Of a stretch of 64,000 bases of DNA, positions 53,101-64,000 are shown one piece after another. A program made the translations under genes and the position numbers. The notes beneath the pieces were generated by a model. It saw nothing but the letters and a program-made list of their open reading frames with translations. It was not told the origin of the DNA and did no database searches. Source of the DNA: Carpediemonas membranifera BICM (lineage: Eukaryota > Protista > Fornicata); NCBI GenBank assembly GCA_019828565.1, contig JAHDYR010000004.1, forward strand, positions 62,001 to 126,000. Reading direction: 5' to 3'. Position 1 is the first letter of the stretch, and each line of letters opens with the position of its first letter.

Positions 53101-54910
53101 CAGCCCGTGCAGGCGCTCGCCAAGGACCCGATGCCTGCGCTCAGGGGCCGCGTCAAGGAGGCGCTGGAGAGGAGCGACGAGCTCCACGCGCACATCATCA
53201 GCGGCGACGTCGCCAAGATGCGCTCGAAGACGCTGCTCCGGAGTGTCAAGTTCGGCCCCGTCGTCCTCAACTGCCTCGACCGCGAGGGTCGGTCGCCGCT
53301 GCACAGCGCGTTCGTGCACGACCAGCCGCAGGCCTTCGCGGCGCTGCTCAAGGCCGGCTGCCTGCTCGACGACGTTTTCCCGGACGGCCACCCGCTGCTG
53401 GCCGCCGTCGCCAAGCCGCCGATGCTGGCCGCGATGCTGGCCGCGAGGGTTGACATCGACACCGTCAGCCGGAACACGACTGCGCTCGTGGTCGCCATCC
53501 AGGGCGGCCACTGACTCCGCGACGAAGCTGCTCGCCCGCGGCGCCGACCCTCCTCCCGCCGGTCGGCGTCAACGCGCTGCAGGCCGTCAAGGGCGTGGCC
53601 GACCCGCTCATGGCCGGCGTGATCCGGGCTGCCATCAACGACGCCCTGACGAAGCAGCTCAGCGACGACATCACGCAGGGCGACACCGCTGCCGTGAAGC
53701 GCCTGCTCGTGGCGGGCGTGTCCGCGAACGGCGTGGACGGCAAGATGCCGCCGCTCTTCGCTGCCGTCAAGGCGGGCAACTTCGACATCGTCAGCCTGCT
53801 GCTGAAGCACGGCGCCGACCGGGCCGCGACGTACAAGGGCAAGACGGCTGCGCAGACAGTCAAGAAGGGCAGCAACCCGCAGTATCTCCCTGATCCAGGA
53901 CCAGACGCCCGAGCCGCTCGTGCAGCCCGACCTCAACGCGGACATCACGAAGCCGGCGGGCAGCATCGCGTTCAGCCAGGCCGACCGCATCGGCGAGGGC
54001 GGCATGGCGGCCGTCTTCCGCGGCACGTATGGCGGCACCGACTGCGCCGTCAAGGTTTGCCGCGCGGGCCGACCTGAACGCGGTGCAGGCCGACCGACTC
54101 CAGAGCGAGATCTTCATCCACAAGCAGCTGCGCCACAGCAACGTCGTCGCGCTCTACGCGCTCGAGCAGGACGACCGGGAGATCCGGCTCGCGCTCGAGC
54201 TCGCGTCGGGTCGCTCTCGGCGCTGCTGCTCGAAGGCCGACCTGCCCTGGGACGCGCGGTTGAAGTTCGCGCGCGACATCGCGGCGGCCATGGCGTTCAT
54301 CGCGGGCGAGGGCTACGAGCACAGGGACCTCAAGTCGCTCAACATCCTCGTCGCGAACAAGAAGGCCAAGATCAGCGACTTTGGGCTGACCGCGCGGCTC
54401 GACCAGCGCGTGGCGGACGTCGAGGGCTCGTGGCCGTGGATGGCGCCCGAGCGCTTCGACGGCGTGGGCGGCGAGAAGGCCGACGTCTTCGCCTTCGGCA
54501 TCACGCGCTCTGGGAGATCGCCGCGCGCGACATCCCGTACCGCCAGGAGCGCCTCGGGCTCGACACCATCCCGCGCGCACGTGCGGGCTGGCTACCGGCC
54601 GATGACCCCCGCGGGCACGCCGGCGGCCGTGGGCGAGCTGATCCGCCGCTGCGTGGCGCCCGACCCGCGCGACCGCCCCACCTTCGCGGAAGTCGTCGCC
54701 GCGCTGCCCGACAGCGTCGCGACCGAGATGTACACGGAGAGCGCCGTGCGCAACCACGAGGTCGACACCTTCGCGAACGCCAGCGCGCCCTGGATGACGC
54801 TGTCCGAAGACGAGAGACAGCCGCGCTCGCCGCGATGGGCACGGTCACCGCGACATACCGCACGAACGCGCCCAGCGCCCCGGCCTGCGCACGCTGAACG
54901 ACATGTATAG
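50194..54910 (+). pseudogene. Second WD40-linker-ankyrin-kinase gene (array-type WD40 cassettes + kinase tail), heavily frameshifted in this assembly
   Basis: 5' part matches 24058 onward, followed by two WD40 cassettes; 52960-54870 matches 2560-4470. In-frame TAG near 51668. Confidence 0.8.
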
Positions 54911-55282
54911 GTAAAGAGATTGGCTCAGCATTTACACCCGCCCCGACCCATCGCCAGGCCTCCTCCGTCACTCATAAGCTTTTGGAACACGTTGAAGCGC
55001 TTCTGAGCCATCAACTCGAAGGCCACAGCAAATGTGCGCCTGTCAACCGGGACTCGCCACCCAAGCACACCACCACATGGTCGCATTGAGTCATCGCTTC
55101 CATCGGCTGTCAACAGGTACGATCGGTGTCATGACAACACAGTACACTGTTTTGGACCATCATTCAGGAGCCGAGGTGGAGATGTCGGGCCGGCACTCAG
55201 AGATAGCGCCCTCGCTGCGTCGGCGCTGCATGCCACCGTTGCTGACTCGGCCGAGTTGACACGAAGAACGGGCGCGTCGACG

Positions 55283-56704
55283 ATGGACGAGGCACCACGG
55301 CAGAACGCTGTGGTTAACGATGAGGTGAATAGCAATACAGAGACATCAATCGCACTGGGCGTGCTGGAACGGGCGATCTTGCCCGCGCAGAAGCTATCGA
55401 TGCAGGCGAAAGAATGCTCGAAGGATTCAGCGCAAATGACGCTTCCCTAGCACGCGCAGCCCAGCAAGGCCACGCAGCAGTAGTGGACTTCCTGCTCTCC
55501 GACCCAGCTGGCGCCCTGCACATTGAGGAGAAAGAAGCCAACGCCCTCACCCCTCCACCTGGCCATCCAGGGCGACTACCCGGTCACCGCCGGCCTCTTG
55601 GTCACTAGAGGCGCAGACATCAACTCAGGGACGCCCAGGGCCGCACCCCGCTCCACTGGGCGTGCGAGCAGGGGTCGCCCCATCTTTGTGCGGCTCCTGG
55701 CAACACACGGCGCCGACCCTAGAGGCCACTGACGCTAGGAGCGGACCCCTCTCCACGCAGCGGTCATGGGCGGGAACTACGAGAACGTGGTCTTCCTCGT
55801 GGGCCGGGGCGTGGCGCTCGAACCATAGACCTGGACGGTGCCACGCCCGCAAGACTTGCTGAGGCAAAAGCAGCTCCAGGGCCTGTGTGTACGGTATTCG
55901 AAGAGGGCAGACGGCCTGGTGGCATCGTGTGAGGCGTGCCCCGGTCGGCTTGCTGGTGTACTTCGCTGGCCTTGTCGCGGCGATCGTCACGACGTTCCTT
56001 TTCGGGGTTATACCCTCACCCCACCCCATTTACGTGTTTATATTCGCGGTTTTGCCCCACCGTAGCAGCCCTCGTTCTTCTTAGTAATCACCAATCGAGC
56101 GAACCCCGGCGTTATCACCAACGACGACCCACACTCAAAGATCGACTACACGAAGGAGCAGCCGATCTGGCGAGTCCCTGCCACGTCAGAAAGCCCCTCC
56201 GCAGCAAAAGCACCGCCGTTCGTGCGACGTGTGTATCAGGCGGCACGACCACCACTGCGTCTGGACAAACTGCTGCATCGGTGCGGGTAATATCCGGCAG
56301 TTTTATGGCAATGCTACTTGCCACCATGGTCGCGCTTGCGGTCACGACTGTTCTTCCCTTGACTATGGTTGTCTGCCACGTCGGCGGACTCGAAACGCAG
56401 TCTGTGGGCAAAGCTGTGGAGGATTGCGGTGCTCAGATCAGGGACGGTGGTCATGGCTGCCATCGCTGGGGCCACGTTGCCTTTCGTTTATCGTTTGTTC
56501 CATCAGCAGGTCAAGAATATTTTGACAAATCTGACGACTAATGAGGCAATCAATTGGATGCGATATGACTACATCAGATACGAGAATGGCGTCTGGCACA
56601 ACCAGTTTGACCATGGATGGCGGTCTAATCTGGCCGATTTCTGCAGGTTACCCCAACAGCGGCGCCGCGTCTCAGCCACGGCGCACACAGAGGAGTTGGT
56701 GTAG
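55283..56704 (+). CDS. Ankyrin-repeat DHHC palmitoyltransferase (Akr1/ZDHHC17-like), frameshifted
   Basis: Ankyrin pieces (AAQQGHAAVVDFLL, PLHLAIQGD), CHVRKPLRSK, RHDHHCVWTNCCIG, NLTTNEAIN, NQFDHGWRSN. Confidence 0.85.
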
Positions 56705-56852
56705 TGTTTATACGTGTGTATATGTGCAAAGAGATGTCAATACCGGCTTGGGGATACGCTCAATCGACTCCCAGTACAAGTCGACTCCGCCCTTAGCATC
56801 GCCGTCGACGCCAGCGGCTCCTGTTCAGACAGCAGCGAGTACTACCTGTGAC

Positions 56853-59800
56853 AGGAGTTCACAAGCATCGTTAACACGCTCAGCATGCGCAAGATCCGCC
56901 TGGCCACCCGATCCCGCCTCAGAGCCGACAACGACGCCATGTCGTCCCTCAACCCGACCCCCGCAGCGCTTTCCCGCGGTCTATAGGAAGTCCTCCCCTG
57001 TCTCCGACGATCACGCCCCGAGCAGCCCTCACTCTTCCACCCATTGATGAGCTCTCCGCGCAGTTTAGCAAGAGTCGGAGCAGAATACCGTCCGGTCCAG
57101 GGTCAAGACAGCATGCCAGGCGCCGCTCAGACATCCCTTACGCTGCCACTGTTCAGGCTGAGGGGCGTCGGCGAGATTGATGAGAAGACGACGACACCTC
57201 GATTAGTAACTTTGATGGCCACACCGAGAACGGGGCAGCACAGGGATGAGACTCTCCAGAATGCGCGGATGAGATCAAGAATGCAGCCGGGGATCGTGCC
57301 AGGTTCATGAGGTCACATCGCGTCGAGGTGAAAGCACGTGCGCACGATGAAGCCGGACTATAGTTCTCAAACACGCGTTATCAGTGGAGCTGAAGGCAGT
57401 GGTATCGCCCACACCGCATGTGGTCACATGCGGGTCGGGCAGCAATTTCCTGGTGGACGCAGCAAGCTCGATCGAGGCGTTCAGGTCAGCGAAGGTGCTA
57501 GAAATCACTACGGCGCAGATTACGGCCACGCAGCGGACAAAGGAGCGCATGGAAGCCTTTGGAGAGCGCGCACTGCTCCGCCTACCCCCACGTGAAGGGC
57601 CGCAGACGCACCGGAATTGTCGGGTACACCAACACGCTCGCCCGGCAGGTCCGCAAGCTCGAGGCCGAGAAGGAGGCAGCGCTGCGTGAGTCCATGGACG
57701 CAGCGAAGGCCCACCGCCAGGCCATCGGGTCGCTTTCATACATTGGTGGGCAACGAGACGACCCGCCCAACCTCACTGTGAAACCTCTGCAGGGTCGGGA
57801 CTTCAGGTCACCTCGCTCTCCCCCAGTGGCCCCAGACTGGACACTGAGGGAGAGTCTCCGGCGCATGGCCACCAGCAAGGGCGACCTGACTCTCGACCTC
57901 GACTGTGAGAATGATCCAGCGGCATTTTCGGAGGGCCTGGGTCGAACGGGAAGAGGCGGGCAAAAGGTACGCTATAGCCGTGATGCTCGTGGGCATATGG
58001 AGGGACAGGCGGGGCGTCGGGGGCGGCAAGAACAGGACGCCGAGACGCTTTTATACTTTATTCCATCGCATTTATTTTATTATGGGCGAGAGGCTGCCCG
58101 ACTCACTATGGAAGTACGCCAGTCCACAGCAGCGCCGCTTCATGCTCCAGCTGGAGTCGAGGGGCTTCATCCCTGCAGGTTAAGGAAGCCACTGAGCGCG
58201 AGAGGGAGCTCGACAAGAGGCTGAAGGAGTACGAGAACATGGACGCGTTGCTCAGGCGGTCCATTCTCGAGCGCGGCGAGCACCACTGCTGCGGAGGAGA
58301 CCCCCTGACGAGAAGCTCTCCTCTGGGTTCAGCGGTACCTTGACACACCCCCGGCGGAAGAGCGGGACTCCTCTACGAGGCGTCAGGCCTTTGTGTTCGG
58401 CGGAAGCGCTCGAACGCCCTTTCCAAGGCGATGACTGCACGGCTCCGTCATGGGCGCGTGGCGACCGTGCTCGGGCAGCGGGGCGGGTACGAGCAGAGCT
58501 TCATGAACACGCCCACAGCCACGCAGATGAGCTTCACTCAGACGTGGGTAAATCCTTTGGCCGCTGCCTCGCTCTCATGGCCTGATCGACGGCACGATAG
58601 TCTCCCGGACGTCCACACAGCATGCGGCTGTCCTCGCGTGCTTCCATCTCCCACATGCCATCCATCGGGGTGAGCACCGGCCCCTCCGCCATCAGACAGC
58701 CTCCATGGCGACACTGCCGACCCCAGCCTGGTTGTTACTAACAGGCCGGTACTTTTAGCTCTACGACCCTCGCGCCGATACCTGGGGTGAGGCTGTGAGG
58801 GCTTCACCCGACATGCTCTCAACACCTCGATGTCTCGCCGCATGGGGAGATACTCAGCTCGGGTCGGGACTCGACCGTCGAAAGCTGTGGACGCGCAGAC
58901 TCTCACTCGGCCCCTGACGGTCTTCTCGAACCATAGGTGTCAGCGATCAATGCTGGCTGCCTCGTTCTCGGCCCAAGGCCCATCATCGCCGGCGACGAGC
59001 GCACGGTGGGAAGTTGTGTACCACAACAACGGCTCGTCTCAACAGCCACCCCCACAGAGACCACCACATCCTGCCCGACGCAGAGCAGGGCGCCCACGTG
59101 CTCACGGCTGTAGGGACGAAGCTCGTGGCTGTGACGGGAGACAGATCGAGGCAACTCGTCGTGTGCGACCTGGGGCTGAGGAAGGAGGCTCATCATTTGA
59201 TTGGCGGCATCACCCGCAGTGGGCGGCGAGTCACGCCATCTCGACGATGGCTGCCACCAGAGACACCTGGACAAACACGAACTTTTTGGGACGTCACGAT
59301 GTCGGACTGCTCAAAGTCGCAAACACCATCCAAATTCAGCGGATGAATCAGCGACGATGCAGAAAGTTCGTTCCACGCCTCCCCACCTCTACGCAGCTGG
59401 TACGTCCCTATCCCGTTGGTGCAGAGATGCAGCCCGCGGCGAGTTCAAGAGCGTTTACGCAGTAGATCGAGCAATGGTGCGTCCTCCCCTGAGAATATCG
59501 CGCAGCAGCGAGTGCAGAGCAGTAGATGACATGATCAGAGACGCCACGACGCGCATCTTCGCCCCAGAGGACATGCTCCACCTCAAAGCCCATCGGATCC
59601 ACGCCCCTCACTGCTACAGACCTCACCCGCGTCCTCGACCACCTCTCGACATTGGACGGGCTGCCCAGAGAGTCTCAGCATGAGGCTGACTGGAGCCCGA
59701 CCTCACTGTCACGGCTGAGGTATGAGCTGACCGCCGACAAGCCCGACAGCGCGCCGACGATCTGCGCTGCCTGGCATGCGAGGATGGCTGAGTGCATCCA

Positions 59801-62800
59801 GACGATGAAGGGTCACACCGATGACGTGTTCAGCGTCGCCTCTCCTCACCTGACGCGCACCAGTCACCGGGTCATCAGATGGGACGACCAAGCTGTGGGA
59901 CAAGCGCGGCGTGTGCAAGATGACGATGGAGCATGGCGGGGCTGTTCGGTGCATCGCCGTCTCCCCCGGACGGGTCGACCATCGCCTCAGGCGGGACTGA
60001 CCGCAAGATCGAGCTGTGGAGGCGCGGCAGACTCGTCAAGACGCTCGAGGGACACACCGATATTGTGAACAGCCTCGCCTTCTCCCGAGAGACGGCGAAG
60101 ACGCTGGTGTCCGGATCCGATGACAAGACAGTCAGGGTCGTGGGACGTCGCCACCGGCGTGTGCAGGACGATGGAAGGGCACTCAGATTGGGTTCTCTCC
60201 GTCGCATCTCCCCGACGGCGAGCAGGACCATCGTCTCTGGATCAAGGACAAGACATCAAGGTGTGGATCGCTGGAGTCAGGGCGAGACTCGAGCAGACTC
60301 TGGAGGGCCACACGAATTCTGCCTGCCGCCGTCGCCATCTCCCCGGACGGCGCTCTGCTGGCCTCTGGGTCTGGCGACAAGACCATCGAACTCTGGGACA
60401 CCAGGACCTGGGAGTGCGTCGCCGTCCTCAGGGGCACGCGAGCTTTGTCTTCAGCGTCGCCTTCTCGCCCGACGGCAGGACCCTCGCCTCTGGGTCTTGG
60501 GACAACACCACCCCAAGCTCTGGAGCATCGACAGCGGCGAGTGCTTCGAGACGCTCTGGGGTCATGACAGAGATGTGAACAGCGTCGCCTTCTCCCCAGA
60601 CGGGTCGACCCTGCTCTCTGGATCTGACGACAAAACCGCCAAGCAGTGGTCCCTTGAGTCGCTCTCCCGAGCTCACCGCCCTCGACCAGACCCTCGCCCA
60701 GCCTGTCCCGGCCGCGGCCATCGTCCGCCTCGAGGGCACCGTCGCCGACCTCACCCGCGTCCTCGACCACCTCTCGACACGGCCCAGAGAGTTCAGCATG
60801 AGGGCTGACTGGGCCCGACCTCACTGTCACGATGAGGTATGGCAAGCTGGCCGCCGACAAGCCCGACAGCGCCGTCGACGATCTGCTCGCTGCCTGGCAT
60901 GCGAGGATGGCTGAGTGCATCCAGACGATGAAGGGTCACACCGCTGAGGTGCTCAGCGTCGCCTTCCTCCCTGACGGCACCATGGTCACTGGGTCATGGG
61001 ATGGGACGACCAAGCTGTGGGACAAGCGCGGCGTGTGCACGACGATGGAGCATGGCGGGAAGGTTCGGTGCATCGCCGTCTCCCCGGACGGGTCGACCAT
61101 CGCCTCGGGCGGTGATGACCACAAGATCGAGCTGTGGGACCAGACCGGCAGACTCGTCAAGACGCTCGAGGGGCACACCAATAATGTGTGGAGCCTCGCC
61201 TTCTCCCGAGACGGCAAGACGCTGGTGTCCGGATCCTGGGACAAGACAGTCAGGTCGTGGGACGTCGCCACCGGCGCGTGCAGGACGATGGAAGGGCACT
61301 CAGAGTTGGTGTTCTCCGTCGCCATCTCCCCCGACAGCAAGACCATCGTCTCTGGATCAAGGGATAAGACGATCAAGGTGTGGATCGCTGAGTCGGGCAG
61401 ACTCTGGAGGGAGCCACACGAATTCTGTCTTCTCCGTCGCCATCTCTCCCGGACGGCGCTCTGCTGGCCTCTGGGTCTGGCGACAAGACCATCGAGACTC
61501 TGGGACACCAGGACCTGGGAGTGCGTCGCCGTCCTCAGGGGGCACACAGACTATGTCAACAGCGTCGCCTTCTCGCCCGACGGCAGGACCCTCGCCTCTG
61601 GGTCTGATGACAACACCATCAAGCTCTGGAGCATCGACAGCGGCGAGTGCTTCGAGACGCTCAGGGATCATGCCGATAAGGTGTGGAGCGTCGCCTTCTC
61701 CCCGGACGGGTCGACCCTGCTCTCTGGATCTGACGACAAAACCGCCAAGCAGTGGTCGCGGTCGCTCTCCCGAGCTCATCGCCCTCGCCCAGACCCTCGC
61801 CCAGCCTGTCCCGGCCGCGGCCATCGTCCGCCTCGGGGGCACCGTCGCCGACCTCACCCGCGTCCTCGACCACCTCTCGACGCGGCCCCGAGAGTTCAGC
61901 ATGAGGGCTGACTGAGCCCGACCTCACTGTCACGATGAGGTATGGCAAGCTGGCCGCCGACAAGCCCGACAGCGCCGTCGACGATCTGCTCGCTGCCTGG
62001 CATGCGAGGATGGCTGAAGTGCATCCAGACGATGAAGGGTCACACCGCTGAGGTGCTCAGCGTCGCCTTCCTCCCTGACGGCACCATGGTCACTGGGTCA
62101 TGGGATGGGACGACCAAGCTGTGGGACAAGCGCGGCGCCTGCAAGATGACGATGGAGCATGGTGGGAAGGTTCGGTGCATCGCCGTCTCCCCGGACGGGT
62201 CGACCATCGCCTCGGGCGGTGATGACCACAAAGATCAAGCTGTGGGACCAGTCCGGCAGACTCGTCAAGACGCTCGAGGGACACACAAAATAATGTGTGG
62301 AGCCTCGCCTTCTCCCCAGACGGCAAGACGCTGGTGTCCGGATCCGATGACAAGACAGTCAGGTCGTGGGACGTCGCCACCGGCGTGTGCAGGACGATGG
62401 AAGGGCACTCAGATTTGGTGCTCTCCGTCGCCATCTCCCCTGACGGCAAGACCATCGTCTCTGGATCAAAGGACAAGACAATCCAAGGTGTGGGTCGCTG
62501 GAGTCGGGCAGACTCGAGCAGACTCTGGAGGGCCACACGAATTCTGTCTTCTCCCGTCGCCATCTCCCCGGACGGCGCTCTGCTGGCCTCTGGGTCGTGG
62601 GACAGCACCATCAGACTCTGGGACACCCAGGACCTGGGAGTGCGTCGCCGTCCTCAGGGGGCACACGCACTTGTCTTCAGCGTCGCCTTCTCGCCCGACG
62701 GCAGGGACCCTCGCCTCTGGGTCTGGTGACAACACCAAGCTCTGGAGCATCGCTAGCGGCAGAGTGCTTCGCTACGCTCAGGGGTCATGCCGATAAGGTG

Positions 62801-64000
62801 TGGAGCGTCGCCTTCTCCCCAGACAGGGTCGACCCTGCTCTCTGGATCTGACGACAAAACCGCCAAGCAGTGGTCCCTTGGTCGCTCTCCCGAGCTCACC
62901 GCCCTCGACCAGACCCTCGCCGAGGCCTGTCCCGGCCGCGGCCATCGTCCGCCTCGAGGGGCACCGTCGCCGACCTCACCCGCGTCCTCGACCACCTCTC
63001 GGCGCGGCCCAGAGGAGTTCAGCATGAGGCTGACTGAGGCCCGACCTCACTGTCACGATGAGGGTATGGCAAGCTGGCCGCCGACAAGCCCGGCAGCGCC
63101 ATCGACGATCTGCTCGCTGCCTGGAATGCGAGGATGGCTGAGTGCATCCACACGATGAAGGGTCACACCAACTGGGTGTTCAGCGTCGCCTTCCTCCCTG
63201 ACGGCGCCATGGTCACTGGGTCATGGGATGGGACGACCAAGCTGTGGGACAAGCGCGGCGTGTGCCAAGATGACGATGGAGCATGGCGGGTCTGTTCGGT
63301 GCATCGCCGTCTCCCCGGACGGGTCGACCATCGCCTCGGGCGGTGATGACCACAAGATCAAGCTGTGGGACCAGACCGGCAGACTCGTCAAGACGCTCGA
63401 GGGGCACACCAATGATGTGAGAAGCGTCGCTTTCTCCCGAGACGGCAAGACGCTGGTGTCCGGATCCGATGACAAGACAGTCAGGACGTGGGACGTCGCC
63501 ACCGGCGAAGTGCAGGACGATGGAAGGGGCACTCCCATTTGGTGCTCTCCGTCGCCATCTCCCCTGACAGCAAGACCATCGTCTCTGGATCAAAGGACAA
63601 GACAATCAAGGTGTGGGTCGCTGAGTCGGGCAGACTCGAGGCAGACTCTGGAGGGCCACACGAATTCTGTCTTCTCCGTCGCCATCTCCCCGGACGGCGC
63701 TCTGCTGGCCTCTGGGTCTGGCGACAACACCATCAGACTCTGGGACACCCAGGACCTGGGAGTGCGTCGCCGTCCTCAGGGGGCACGCGAGTTCTAGCAG
63801 TGTCGCCTTCTCGCCCGACGGCAGGACCCTCGCCTCTGGGTCTGGTGACAACACGCAAGCTCTGGAGCATCGCTAGCGGCGGAGTGCTTCGAGACGCTCA
63901 GGGGGCCATGACGATTGGGTCCCGCTGCGTCGCCTTCTCCCCGGACGGGTCGACCCTGCTCTCTGGATCTGACGACAAAACCGCCAAGTAGTGGTCCCTT
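56853..64000 (+). repeat. Indel-rich near-copy of 21756-28863 (IQ gene, WD40-like ORF, four WD40 cassettes)
   Basis: Colinear, with the same cassette alleles in the same order, the same 10-bp deletion (~61400) and the same TAG (63989). Confidence 0.85.

Noticed and set aside
46244-56704. Calling CAPZB, the coiled-coil gene and the DHHC gene pseudogenes
   Set aside because: The conserved motifs of CAPZB and DHHC are intact, and the breaks look like small indels that increase toward the window end.

Overview
Gene-dense, GC-rich, intron-poor eukaryotic DNA from a flagellated protist. It carries CK2-alpha, a CFAP96-like ciliary gene, a HECT E3 ligase, F-actin capping protein beta with a 29-nt intron, and an ankyrin-DHHC palmitoyltransferase. 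A metamonad/fornicate origin is an inference only. Two accessory systems dominate the window. (1) A family of modular receptor-like genes: tandem ~1.1-kb cassettes, each a 7-blade WD40 propeller with hypervariable surface codons, are joined through an unrecognised ~80-aa 'PRxFxMRL' linker domain. They end in one of two effector tails, either ankyrin + TKL kinase or a triple CbxX-type AAA+ ATPase with a coiled coil and Cys/His tail. Module swaps map to the linker codons. (2) Two nested, apparently young chromodomain Ty3/Gypsy retrotransposons (33631-43840 and 34368-40312) with very short identical LTRs (57 and 122 bp) and 4-bp TSDs. Neither has a tRNA primer-binding site. Instead each has a different perfect 12-bp palindrome at the 5' LTR boundary, suggesting an undescribed priming mode. 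The inner element also carries an antisense extra gene with a chromodomain-like C-terminus. Homopolymer indels rise after ~40 kb and are dense after ~50 kb, so many frameshifts are probably long-read errors, and 56853-64000 may be a false duplication.
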